Below, piece after piece: positions 51,570 to 64,000 of a stretch of DNA of 64,000 nucleotides. The stretch covers positions 5,306,923 through 5,370,922 of the forward strand of contig NC_083449.1 in assembly GCF_020745735.1 (NCBI RefSeq), given 5' to 3'. Source of the stretch: Hemiscyllium ocellatum (lineage: Eukaryota). The translations under genes and the position numbers were made by a program. Position 1 is the stretch's first letter, and each line of letters begins with the position of its first letter. The notes beneath the pieces are model-generated. The model was not told the DNA's origin, did not search any database, and saw only the letters and a list, made by a program, of their open reading frames with translations.

Positions 51570-54500
51570 GTATGTTACTGTTGTCAGATTGGAGAACGTC
51601 CTTTCCTCTGTCTGAGTGGATTGAGCCAGACACACATTGAGCTCAATTTCCAGAAGTACACATTCAATCCAAGAGTCAAACACAACTGATGAAATATATT
51701 TTTTAAATTTCTCCCTGTACTAAATGCACAACAGATCCGTTTCAATAAGTGCCATTATGCATAGTCAATTATCATTTGCAATATCAGAAGAGGGATAGAC
51801 TGTATATGACATATACATTCAGGAATTGCATTAACTCCACATGTAGTAAAGGCAATTTTAAAGTTACAATCAAGGTGAACAAGGAGATATTGAGTGCAGA
51901 TATAGAATGAAATTTCAGCATTCAGTAACTGAGAAGGACATTTTTTTTTGATAAATAGAAGTGCTATGCAAAAGGTACAACAATTAAACTGTGTAAATTC
52001 CAGATGAACCTCTGAGCCAAAACCTGATGTAGAGAAAATGCTGACTACATGAATATACACATACAGACAACCACCATCTCCAACCCGCCCTTAATATCTG
52101 TGCTTGCATGCATATGCACACACACCATTCTCTCTCAGCTACTGATTGATTTACAATAGTTGCAAATTTGTACACCATCCTAAAATACGCATTCCAACAT
52201 CTAACAGTAATGAAAATCCATATACACCACAACTAGCAGAAAGCATTTCATCAAACTGATTTCTATTCTCAGATGTCAAATCAAAGAAATTTACAGCACA
52301 GAATAAGTCTCTTCAAATTATTAAATCTGACTGATCAAAGACAGTCCATAACAAAACAGTTGACTGAGCTAACAATTCTAATCCGTTTCAACCAGCATTC
52401 CCTTTCCATAAAAATATCATGGCAGCACAGAAGTTGTCATCCCCATGAGTATCGGAACATGATTCTCCATTTCATCATTTTGTAGTTATTTTCTTTTTCT
52501 GTCCAGCAAGAGCATTTTTTAAAATTATTCCATATGTATTTCAAAATTTATTTTGATTTTCTATGAAGAGCCCTATATTCCTCTTGACACATTATACAAC
52601 CAAAAAAGCAAGGAAGCAGGATATAGTTTTGTGAAGGAGTTATTGGAATTGGATCATTACTATTTAAAGCATTGCAGAATAAAAGAAAAAGCCAAAATTG
52701 GTCAGCTTGCCAAGGTGCTTGCTTTTTTTTTTCAACAAGAGTTGATATTTAAATTGTCAAATTCAATTTATTGAACTATATTCTTCACAAAATGGTGGAA
52801 AATAAAAGTCCTTTTTATTTCCCCCTCCCTACCATAGAGCAATACAAGAGTCTGCTAATGGCTTGCACCAGATCCTGTCCACATGGGTAAACAAAATAGA
52901 ATTGGCCAATTCTCTTTCCTGTACAAGGAACACTGTGGTCAGTCAGCTGCAATGCAGTTGAAGTGTTCATTTAGTTGCAAGTGGGTTTGGTTAATACTGA
53001 TTATTAATTCATTGGTTAAAATATGTCGCTATGCAAAATTAATAGCATCCTGAAAACCAGACCTTGATATCCCCATTGTTCCTGCACTATAGGAGTTACA
53101 AAAGTCCATTGTTTTCTACCATTGATTCTAAAGAAAAGCCAGATGCTTTTCTGCTGCAATGTGATGCATGCTCACCTGTCCATGGATCCCCTCGGCACTA
53201 AAGATAAAGAACACTGGCTGTGGACATTATCAAACTAAATGTGCAGTGCCAGAGATTTAACAGATATACAAACACGTCTACTTTCACTGACAGGAGCTGA
53301 CTCCAGTGACAGTAAATAGTACCTCATTCAGGTCAAGTAACAGAAGTTTGAACAATGAAGTACTCTTGCAGTTCCTAAAAGGGACATGCTTCAATTTGAA
53401 TGACACTGAAGCACTGTGAAACACAATAACCAAGTATAAGGAGCTCATTGATATCTAGTATCAGAGAGTGAATGAAACCATTCTCACACTCAGCCTGGTG
53501 CTGATGAACACATACTTTCTTCACACTCACATCCTAGTTGAGGGCCTGAGCTATGCAGAAGCATTTCCATATTTTTATAGTATATGAAACACTGATTTAT
53601 AAGGCATTAAACCCACCTCACAAAGTGTGTCAGATCATGACATACAGAATGGGAAACACAAGGCGACATTAAAAAAAAGTGTCAGTGTGATATAGACCAG
53701 TGTCACTCCTTTAAAGTGATACAGATTGGCAGCACAACAGAAATCTCACTCTCTCACAGCCAGTTAATGCTGAAACGGAAAAAGAATGAAATTTAGGCCC
53801 AGGTATTCCAAATATGGACAGTTATAAATTGACTCACCAAACCATTAATCACTTCAGTTAGTGTCAGATGTTACACCTTGTAGTGTCCAGCAGCAACTGA
53901 TAAAGACTCCTGCAAATACAAAATATTTTTAAAAAACACAGTGCAATAAAATTCAGATTGAATGCAATAAAATTCAGATTCATGACAAAGATGAATATTG
54001 AACCAATATTAATCCCTCAATCACAAAAGGTTAGTGAATATTGATAGAGTTTATTCTGTGCTCAGACCAAAAAAAAACACAACTGAAGATGGAAAGAGAA
54101 TGAGATCCACATACACTCCCTGATGTATGTTGCATACAAGCAAAACTGGCACTATAGTTATCAAAGACAGGTAACTGCAGAAATACACTCTCATTTGTAT
54201 TAGATAGAGATACAGGCAGTGAGTGAATAAAGTTCAGAATCCCAACAGTTAATGGAAACTCTTATGGAGAACAGGTGAATATCAGAATGTCCCAGTGTGG
54301 ACACAATGGGCTGAATGGCTGTACCAATGCTGTGACTCTGTCATAAATGACTTGATGCAGAAGAGATTCAGGCCCAATCACAACGCCCTAAAGTCACCTA
54401 TCACAGAATCGATCACAGTCATCACAGAGAATTCTGTTTCCTAAATTCATTCATGGGATGAGGGTGTCACTAACTCGGCCAGCATTTATTGCCCATCCCT

Positions 54501-55239
54501 AACTGCCCAGGGGGTAGTTATGTGTCAGCTACATTGCTGTGGATCTGGAGACACATGTAGGCCAGACCAGGTAAGGATGGCAGCTTCCTTCCTTAAAGGA
54601 CATTCGTGAACCAGATGGGTTTTTCAGGCAACCAAGACTAGATCTGTTGTCATCATTGGACTCTTAGAATATTATTGGTTGTCAGTGAATTAAACAACCT
54701 TGATGCATGAGAGTTGAAAGTGATGGTACTGATTGAGCGCTTGACTCAGTCAGATAGCAGAAACTGATGAGGATAGATCAATTCCTGAACTCTCATGTGG
54801 ACACAACGGGAACTGACAGGCATAGATTAATAGCTGCTCTCACATATTCACTCTGCCGAAACTGAAAGGGAGAGCATGATACTTAAACACACACCCCACC
54901 CCTCACACTCCCCACATGCACTTTACAAACATGGGCAGGTACAGTCTGATAAATGCATTTGCACATTTATAAACTAGACGTTGACAGATTCATAGCTACA
55001 TCCTGAGATATACAGAGCAGAATATAACGGGGACAGATTGTTCAATCACACTTGCATGCACATGACAGGACATTTCAGAGGATGACTGAAAACTGCATTC
55101 TCATTCACAAAGCAGAGACTGACAGGAACAGATGATACCACTCTGTTTCAAATTACTTGTACGGTTTGATAATGACGCTCACGTATTTAAGGGAGAAACT
55201 GACAGGTTGAGATTGATGACAAAAATCAGAGTTACATTT

Positions 55240-55950
55240 GAGGTCAAGTGACCCTTCCTCAGAACTGATTGTCGGCATTTTCCTAGCTGCTGTGTGGTCC
55301 TATGTATTCTGGGGAAACTGAGTGTAGATTAGGTGTCCACTGTGCAGAGCACCTACATTCTGTCCAGGAAAAAAAAGACCCTGTGCTTCCAATTGTCTGC
55401 CACTTCAACATAGAACCCTATTCCCTGGCCAACATCTGTCTCAGGCTTGCTGTATTGCTCCAGCAAAGCTCAGTGCAAGCTGGGAGAACAGCACCTCGTT
55501 TTCTGCTTGGGAACTCAACAGCCTTCTGGACTCAATATTGGGTTCAACAACTTTAGAGCCAGAGCTCTCCCGTGTCATTACCCGAATTCCCACACCACCA
55601 GGCAGTATTATCACATTGTAATTGTTGGTGTATAATAGTATACTAACAGTTCCTATTAACAGCTATTCACCCTCCTCATCTGACCGTGATCCACTTGTTT
55701 GTCTATCCAACTGTTCTTCCCCCTCTATGGATTCTATCTCCATATATCATTTACTCCATACCCTTCAACACACTCTATCTTCTGCACAGAAACTAATATT
55801 TTCCTGGCTACCACCAGTTCTCAGGAAGGGTTACTTGATTGGAAATTTTTATCTCTAATTTTCTCCACAGGCTCTGTCAGACCTGCTGAGCTTTTCCAGC
55901 AATTTAATTTTGTTTCTGATTTCCAGCATCTGCAGTTCTTTGGGTTTTTA
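55240..55950 (+). mobile_element. Penelope-like element 3' part (GIY-YIG remnant)
   Basis: YSGETECRLGVHCAEHLHSV...PIVCHFN and KLGEQHLVFCLGTQQPSGLNIGF; short inverted copy of the terminus at the 5' end; tail ...ttttccagc...tccagcatctgcagt. Confidence 0.85.
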
Positions 55951-56292
55951 TTTAGAGATTTAAGAAATACATTTTCACAGTCTCAGAGCAGAAACTATCA
56001 TAAAAAATTGATAACCACATTCATATGTTCACAAAAGAACTTCTAGATTCGACTGGTGCTGGAAAAGCACAGCTGGTCAGACAGCATCTGAGGAGCAGGA
56101 AAATTGATGTTTTGGACAAAAGCCCTTTGACAAGTATTGATAAATGCACTCACATTTTTGTTACAGAGCCTGATGGGGAAGGAACCTAATTAAACCATCA
56201 CAAAGCATAAACTGACAGTGACTGTGAAGAACTAAATCCTCACATTCACAAATCAGAAACTGGCAGTCTTAGATTGACAATTACCTAAACAC

Positions 56293-56479
56293 AGCAGGTC
56301 AGGCAGCATCTGAGGAGCAGGAAAATTGACATTTTTGGCAAAAGTCCTTCACCAGAAAGGGCTTTTGCCCGAAACATCGATTTTCCTGCTCCTCGGATGC
56401 TCCCTGACCTGCTGTGCTTTTCCAGCACCACTCTGATCTCAACTCTAGTTTCCAGCATCTGCAGTCCTCACTTTTGCCT
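56293..56479. mobile_element. PLE-derived foldback insertion with 14-bp TSD
   Basis: aattacctaaacac at 56279-56292 and 56480-56493; inverted arms. Confidence 0.85.
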
Positions 56480-57389
56480 AATTACCTAAACACGTTCACC
56501 AAGTAGATTTCCTCAGCAGGCTAAGGAAGTTCAGCATGTCTGAAAAGATTCTTCCAAATTGTCCCATGGAAAGCATCCTGTCTGGGTGTATCGCAGAGTA
56601 TGGCTACTGTGCTGCCTAAGACCACAAGAAAGTGCAGAGAGTTTGAACACAGCTCTGTCCATCGCAGAAACCAACCGTCCATCCAATAACCGCATTTCCA
56701 CCTCCCCCTGACTCGGAGAAAGCAACCAACATAATCAAAGACCCATCCAACCCTAGTTATACTCTCCTCCACCCTCTTCTGTCAGGGGGAAACCACTGAA
56801 GTTTGAATACATCATCCAACAGATTCAAGAACAGTTTCCCTGCTGTCATCAGACTTTTGAATGGACCACTCAAATTTTAATATTAATCTCTCTCCCTGCA
56901 CCATTAACACTGTATTCCGGATTCTGTTCTATTACCCTGGTGCACTTTGTATGATATGATCTGCCTGAAAAGCACACAGAACAATACTTTTCATTACAAC
57001 TCGTGCATGTGCCATTAACAAGTCAGATCAAATCAAGTAGATAACTGCAGCCTCATTCATATAGCAGAATCTGAGAGTTACATGTTGATAACTACAGGCA
57101 CACAAACTGACAGGAAAAGATGAATAAATACACTCAAACACTGATATTACAGAGCCTGACAGGGAAAGATTGATAACTTGAACTCTGACATTCACAAGAC
57201 TGAAACTGGTAGTGACAGATGAAAACTCAGCTCACACACTCTCATTGCAGGGATAGATTGACAATTACGCAAACCTATTCAGCAACCAGAAACTGACAGC
57301 CACAGATTAGTAAATATCTCTCTGTACTCACACGGCAGAGACTGAAAGGTACAGACTGACAATTACACTCCCTTTGACAAGGAGGAAAT

Positions 57390-59270
57390 TAAGATCAGCA
57401 AGGTGGCCTTTGTGCGGAGCAGCAGAAAACAGGGGAGATACTAAATAAGTATTTTTGCATCAGTATTTACTGTGGAAAAGGATATGGAAGATATAGACTG
57501 TAGGGAAATAGATGGTGACATCTTGCAAAATGTGCAGATTACAGAGGAGGAAGTGCTGGGTGTCTTGAAACAGGTAAAGGTGGATAAATCCCCAGGACTT
57601 GATCAAGTGTACCTGAGAACTCTGGAAAGCTATAGAAGTGATTGCTGGGCCTCTTGCTGAGATATTTCTATCATCGATAGACACAGGTGAGGTGCCGGAA
57701 GACTGGAGGTTGGCAGATGTGCCACTGTTTAAGACAGGCGGTAAGGACAAGCCAGGGATCTATAGACCAATGAGCCTGACCTCGGTGGTGGGCAAGTTGT
57801 TGGAGGAATCCTGAGGGACAGGATGTACATGTATTTGGAAAGGCAACGACTGATTCAGGATAGTCAACATGGCTTCGTGTGTGGGAAATCATGTCTCACA
57901 AAATTGATTGAGGCTTTTGAGCAAGTAACATAGAGGATTGATGAGGGCAGAACAGTAGATGTGATCTATATGGACTGCAGTAACCCGTTCGACAAGGTTT
58001 CCCATGGGAGACTGATTAGCAAGGTTAGAGCTCGTGGAATGCAGAGAGAACTAGCCATTTGGATGCAGAATTGGCTCAAAGGTAGAAGACAGAGGGTTGT
58101 GGTGGAGGGTTGTTTTTCAGACTGAAGGTCTGTGACCAGTGGAGTGCCACAAGGATCAGTGCTGGGTCCTCTACGTTTTGTCATTTACATAAATGATTCG
58201 GATGCGAGCGTAAGAGGTACAGTTAGTAAGTTTGCAGGTGACACCAAAATTGGACGTGTACTGGACAGCGAAGAGGGTTACCTCAGATTACAACAGGATC
58301 TTGACCAGATGGCCAATGGGCTGAGGAGTGGCAGATGGTGTTGAATTCAGATAAATGCGAGGTGCTGCATTTTGGGAAAGCAAATCTTAGCAGTACTTAG
58401 ACTTAATGGTAAGGTCCTAGGGAGTGTTGCTGAACACAGAGATCTTGGAATGCAGGTTCATAGCTCTTTGAAAGTGGAGTCGCAGGTAGATAGGATAGTG
58501 AAGGTGTTTGGTATGCTTTCCTTTATTGGTCAGTGTATTGAGTACAGGAGTTGGGAGGTCATGTTGCAGCGGTACAGCACATTAGTTAGGCCACTGTTGG
58601 AATATTGCATGCAATTCTGGTCTCCTTCCAATCGGAAAGATGTTATGAAACTGTAAAGCGTTCAGAAAAGATTTACAAGGACGTTGCCAGGGTTGGAGGA
58701 TTTGAGCTATAGGGAGAGGCTGAACAGGCTGGAGTTGTTTTTCCTGGAGCGTCGAAGGTTGAGGGGTGACCTTATAGAGGTTTACAAAATTATGAGGGGC
58801 ATGGATAGGCTAAATCGGCAAAGTCTTTTCCCTGGGGTCAGGGAGTCCAGAACTAGAGGGCATAGGTTTAGGGTGAGAGGGGAAAGATATAAAAGCGACC
58901 TACGGAGCAACGTTTTCACACAGGGTGGTATGTGTATGGAATGAGCTGCCAGAGGATTTGAGCTATAGGGAGAGGCTGAACAGGCTGGGTCGGTTTTCCC
59001 TGGAGCATCGGAGGTTTACAAGATATAAGGGAGACCTAAGGGGCATCTTTTTCACACACAGGGTGGTACGTGTATGGAATGAGCTGCCAGAGGAAGTGGT
59101 GGAAGCTGGTACAATTGCAACATTCAAGAGGCATTTGGATGGATATATGAATAGGAAGGGTTTGGAGGGATATGGGCCGGGTGGGACTAGATTGGGTTTG
59201 GGATATCTGGTCGGCGTGGACGCTTCGGACCGAAGGGTCTGTTTCCATGCTGTACATCTCTATGACTCTA
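57390..59270 (+). mobile_element. 5'-truncated CR1 LINE with internal duplication
   Basis: KSPGLDQ, TSGVPQGSVLGP, KFAGDTK and LVRPLLEYCMQFWSP segments; tail ctctatgactcta. Confidence 0.93.
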
Positions 59271-60673
59271 GGTACAGAATAATAACTGTACTCCCACATT
59301 CACATCGCTGAAACTGGATACAGTTTTATTACTACATCCATATTCACAGAACATTATCTGATGTGTACTGATCAATAACTGTATTTGCATACTGACAGGG
59401 TCAAATTTATACCTGTACACTCCTATTGACATATTAGTGTTACAACACAGTGGTAAATCCCTCTGCTAATTAAACCAAACACACAGAAAAGCTCACCTCG
59501 CCTAATAATCTGTTAAAATATGAGTGACAGAAAACTACCCAAATTCCACTATTTAGCATCAATTATGTTCTTTAACACTGAAAGTGAACATTAAACAACA
59601 ATTATTTACAACTCTAAGCCTCCTTTCGCTTGAAGATTTGTTATTTACCTCCCACTCTTTAACAATATTCTGATCCAATAAAGCCTCTACTAAATTTACA
59701 GCAACTTAATTTTCTAAACCAGACAGTGGCTGTCATCCCCAGTGTCGATCTTCCTCTGTAGATCTCCCTGGGTCATCTTCGGTCTTTGGCTGCAAAGATG
59801 TTTCATGTGAAAACGGTACCTTTGATCAAGAGTGTTGTGAATAACAGTCTTTCAATGAAAGTTCATTCTTCTTTCTGGCCAATTGTCCAAAATGCCTGAT
59901 TTTTTTTGTTAATACCCCAAACATCAGATCATCTCATTGGTTTGATAATGTCAAAACAGTAAAATACAAATTCAATTGGATTTTAGTAGCTTGAGGCATA
60001 ATTTAAATGGATTGATTAAATGTGAAATACGAACTAAGGTATCTAGGTAACAGCGAAATGTTACATCTTTCAATTTTCCATCATACTCGGTGACTGCTAG
60101 TCAGTCACAAGACAGGTGTTTGCCAGCTTTCACTCTCTGTTAAAGGTACAGTACATACCTTCAACTTCATACCAATAGAAACAGATTGTTCACGATGCTC
60201 AGGTGTCAATTAGCAAAATCTGATAGCAGCGTTTGGTATTTGCACTCCGATATTGATATAGCTAAAACGGACAGAGATCAATATGTACATTCACGTAGAA
60301 GAAACTGAAGGATACAAATTGATGCGTGCATGTTTATAGTCAGGCAGCCGGAACTGACAGGTATAGATAGATAAGTAAACTCTCATATCTAGACATGCAC
60401 TTGCATCAGGTAGTCCCATTTGTGGCGCTGTAGGAAGTACTGGTTAGGATCTGGGTCTCGGTGAATTGGTATAGATTTTGTTTTTTGTTACAATGACCAG
60501 ACAAAGAGCAGCTGAGGCCAAGAATAGAGTCAGCCCCGTGGTTCTGTTGGAATTACTGGCTTGAAAGAAAAACAGCCGAATGATTATTAAATAAATATTA
60601 CATTGAAACCTTTGATACTGTCAAACTCGCGTAATGTTGAGTTAGAGGAGATGTCTCCTCTCTATTCCTTCAG

Positions 60674-60755
60674 ATAACCACTTGAAGGACCAAGAGAATG
60701 TAATATTATCTCGGTATGAAGTCAAGTGTGATCAGTTCCTTCTGACAAACAACAG
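60674..60755 (+). ncRNA. 82-nt exon-like module, copy 7 (most diverged)
   Basis: tctctattccttcAG acceptor, 82 nt, CAG|GTAAGT donor. Confidence 0.58.
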
Positions 60756-60944
60756 GTAAGTTACCATTCTCCAACTGAAGAGCAGCCTTTCTGTAGTCAT
60801 AGAGCAGTTTGAATTGAGCTTAATTTGCAGAGAGGAATTTTCGAACCAGGAATCAAATATTACCAAGGAATTACAATTTTTTTTTGTTTCTCTCCATTCT
60901 CAATGCACATCACCCCAATTCCAATAAATTTTAACATTCACAGC

Positions 60945-62532
60945 CATAGAATCACAGAGATAAACAACACAGAAACAGACCCTTTGGTCCAAATTATCTC
61001 TGCCAACCAAATATCCTAGTCCCATTTGCCAGCACTTGGCCCATATCCCTCTCAACCATCCTATTCATATACCCATCCAGATGTCTTTTAAATTTTGTAA
61101 TTAACCCAGCCTCCACCACTTCCTCTGACAGCTCATTCCATACACACACCACCTTACACATGAAGAGGTGGCCCCTTTTAAATTTTTCCACTGTCCCCTT
61201 TCACCTTACACCTGTGCCCTCTAGTTTTGGATTCGCCCACTCCAGGGAAAAGACATTGTCTATGAATCCTATCCATGTCCCTCATGGTTTTATAAACCAC
61301 TATAAGTTCATCCTGCAGCCTCCAACGCTCCTGGGCAAACAGCCTCTCTCTATATCTCAAATCCTCCAACCCTGGCAAGATCTTTGTAAATCTTTTCTGA
61401 ACCCTTTCAAGTTTCAAAGTTTCACAGTATAGGAGGGAGACCAGAATTGCACATTGGTTAGGCCATTTTTGGAATGCAATGACCTGTACAGCTGCAACAT
61501 GACCTCTCAACTTCTACACTCAATGCTCTGACCAATAAAGGAAAGCATACCAAATGTTTCTTCACTATCCTATCTACCTTCGACTCCACTGTCATGGAAC
61601 TATCAACCTGTATTCCAAGGTTTATTTCTTCAGCAACATTCCCCACAACCTTACCATGAAGTGTATAAGTCTTCCTCTGATTTGCTCTTCCTAAATGCAG
61701 CACCTCACATTGATCTGAATTAAACTCTATCTGCCAGTCTTCAGCCCATTGGTCCATCTGATCCAGATCCTATTGTACTCTGAAGTAACCTTCGCTGTCC
61801 ACTACACCTCCAATTTTGGTGCAATCTGCAAACCTACTAACTATACCTCCTGTGTTTACATCCAAATCATTTACATAAATGGTGAAAAGCTGTGGACCCA
61901 GCACTGATCCTTGTAACACACCACTGGTCACATGTCTCCGGTCTGAAAAACAACCCTCCACCACCATCCTCTTTCTTCTACTCTTGAGCCAGTTCTGTTT
62001 CCAAATGGCTAGTTCATCCTGTATTCCATATGATCTAACCAGTCTACCATGAGGAAGTTTGACAAATGCTTTACTGAAGCCCATACAGATCAAGTCTACC
62101 AGTCTGCCCTCATCAATCCTCTTTGTTACTCCTTCAAAAAACTCAATCAAATTAGTGAGACATGATTTGCCATACACAACCATGTTGCCTTCCCTAATCA
62201 TTCTTTGCCTTTCCAAATACAAATAAATTCTGTCCCTCAGGATTCCCTGCAACAGTTTGCCCACCACCTATGTCAGGCTCACCAGCCTATAGTTCCCTGG
62301 CTTATTCTTGCCACCTTTCTTAAATCGCAGAACCATGTTAGCCAACCTCCAGTCTACCAGCACCTCACCTGTGACTATCAATGATACAAATATCTCAGCA
62401 AGGGGCCCAGAAATCACTTCCCTAGCTTCCCACAGAGTTCTCGGATGCACCTGATCAGGTCCTGGGGATTTATCCACCTTTATGCATATCAAGGATTCCA
62501 GCACTTCCTCCTCTGTGTAATATGGACATTTT
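60945..62532 (-). mobile_element. 5'-truncated CR1 LINE
   Basis: Minus ORFs with KSPGPDQ, GKSCLTNLIEFF, SGVLQGSVLGP and RFADCTK. Confidence 0.93.
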
Positions 62533-63870
62533 GATAATGCAAACCAGGGCAGGACTCATACACTTAGTGGTGGGGCCTTGGCGAGTGTTTCTGAACAAAG
62601 ACACTGAGGGGAGCAGTTGCATATTTCCTTGAAATAGTCACAGGTAGATAAGGCAGGGAAGGAGGCATTTGGCATACTTGCCTTCATTGGTCAGAACATT
62701 GAGTGTAGCAGTTGAGATGTCATGTGGTGGATGCACAGGACATTGGTGAGGCCATTTTTGGAGTTTGTACAATTCTCATCAACCTGCTACAGGAAGGATG
62801 TTGTTTAACTTAAGATGGTGCACAAAAGATTTACAAGGATGTTACAGAGATATAGAGTCGTACAGCAGAGAATCAGGCTCTTCAGCCCACCATGTCCAAC
62901 AAACACCAAACTGCAATCTACCTGTACTTAGCCCATAGCCTACCATATCCTGGCTTTTTAAAGGCATGTCTAGATGCTGCTTAAATGCTGTGAGAGTACT
63001 CCACCACCCCCTCAGGCATCACGTTCCAAACTTTACCCACTCTCAAGATCAAAATATTTTTCTCTGGTATCTTCTAAACTGCATTCTCCGCACCTTCAAC
63101 TTGTAACCTTTGGTCTTAGACACATCAGCCATGGGCAGAAAGATTCTCACGATCTACTCTGTCTGCATCTCTCATAATTTGATATACTTCAGTCGGATCC
63201 TCCCTTCACCACCTCTGCTTCAATGAAACCAAACTTGGCCTATCCAGTCTCTCCTCACGATGGAGACTTTCCAACCCGCTGCACCCTCTCCAGTACAATC
63301 AAATCTTCTGATAGTGTGGTCACCAAAACTGCACATTCCAGTATTCTATCTGAGTATGAGCCAATGTTTTGTAAGTTTGTTAGAAGACTTCCTTGCTGTT
63401 ATATTGTACAGCTCAGGTCATTCTGTATGCCGCCTTCAGTAGCCTGTCTGCCTGTGCTGACACCTTCTGGGATCAATAGACTTCTACACCATGGTCCCCT
63501 TCTTTCTCAGTATTCCCTAAAAACCAGCCCTTCATTGTGTGATTATTTCCTGTATTAGACCTCCCAAAATGCATTACCTCATACTTACCAGGATTAAATT
63601 CTGTCTGCCATTGCCCTGCCCAATGTACTCATACTGTAGCCTGAGACCATCCCCCTTACTGTCAATCACATTCTAATTTTCATATCATAGAACAAAGAAC
63701 AGTAAGGCACAGGAAAAGGCCCAATACCCTCCAAACCTGCACTGAAACATTTTGTGCTTCCATGTGAAAATCTCATCTACAGGCTGATTACTCATATGAT
63801 CTATATTCACATCCAAGTTGTTAATTTACATAACAAGCAGCAAGGATCCCAGCACTGATCCCGGTGGCTG
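62533..63870. mobile_element. Further CR1 fragments (plus 62533-62850; minus 62850-63870)
   Basis: Homology to the RT C-terminal and 3' regions of other CR1 copies in the window. Confidence 0.75.
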
Positions 63871-64000
63871 TAGTGGTGGCCTGTATCTGGCCAGAATAGA
63901 GTGGCCCATGTCTGTTAACACAAACTGTGTGTAAATGGAAAGTAGAATTAAACAGCAGGATGTGAAACAGAATGGCAGGCAGAAACTAAGCTAAACAGCC

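Larger units (their letters stand above)
54750..57370 (+). repeat. Degenerate ~49-bp array, third block, broken by PLE and LINE inserts
   Basis: Recurrent gaaactgacagg..agattgataa units at 54750-55220, 55960-56280 and 57040-57370; continues at 59270-59440 and 60175-60390. Confidence 0.75.

Noticed and set aside
59435-60172. Insert interrupting the 49-bp array, possibly LTR-derived
   Set aside because: It interrupts the array, but no family, termini or coding remnant could be supported from the sequence alone.

Overview
This is vertebrate genomic DNA, very probably from an elasmobranch: it carries an HE1-type V-SINE, dense CR1 LINEs and Penelope-like elements. The window is part of a dispersed, repeat-rich replication-dependent histone locus. 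It holds intact H2A, H2B and H3.2 genes with stem-loop and HDE signals, a divergent H1 with a 1-nt frameshift near its start, a 14-codon H4 3' remnant, and an H2B 'ghost' (promoter and a candidate ATG/HDE, no CDS). Three non-transposon systems are interleaved with the histone genes. (1) A multi-copy, apparently spliced non-coding transcription unit: four near-identical ~350-bp NRF1/GCCATT promoter cores, seven copies of an ~82-nt exon-like module whose splice signals are better kept than its reading frame, and arrays of a degenerate ~49-bp repeat. (2) A ~48-bp composite E2F + MYB + paired-CHR element repeated five times beside histone genes. (3) Many Penelope-derived short insertions with minimal hammerhead ribozyme motifs, one of them intact. 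The layout suggests an old inverted duplication centred near H1-H3. All calls were made by eye; no database search or alignment was run, and repeat boundaries are approximate.
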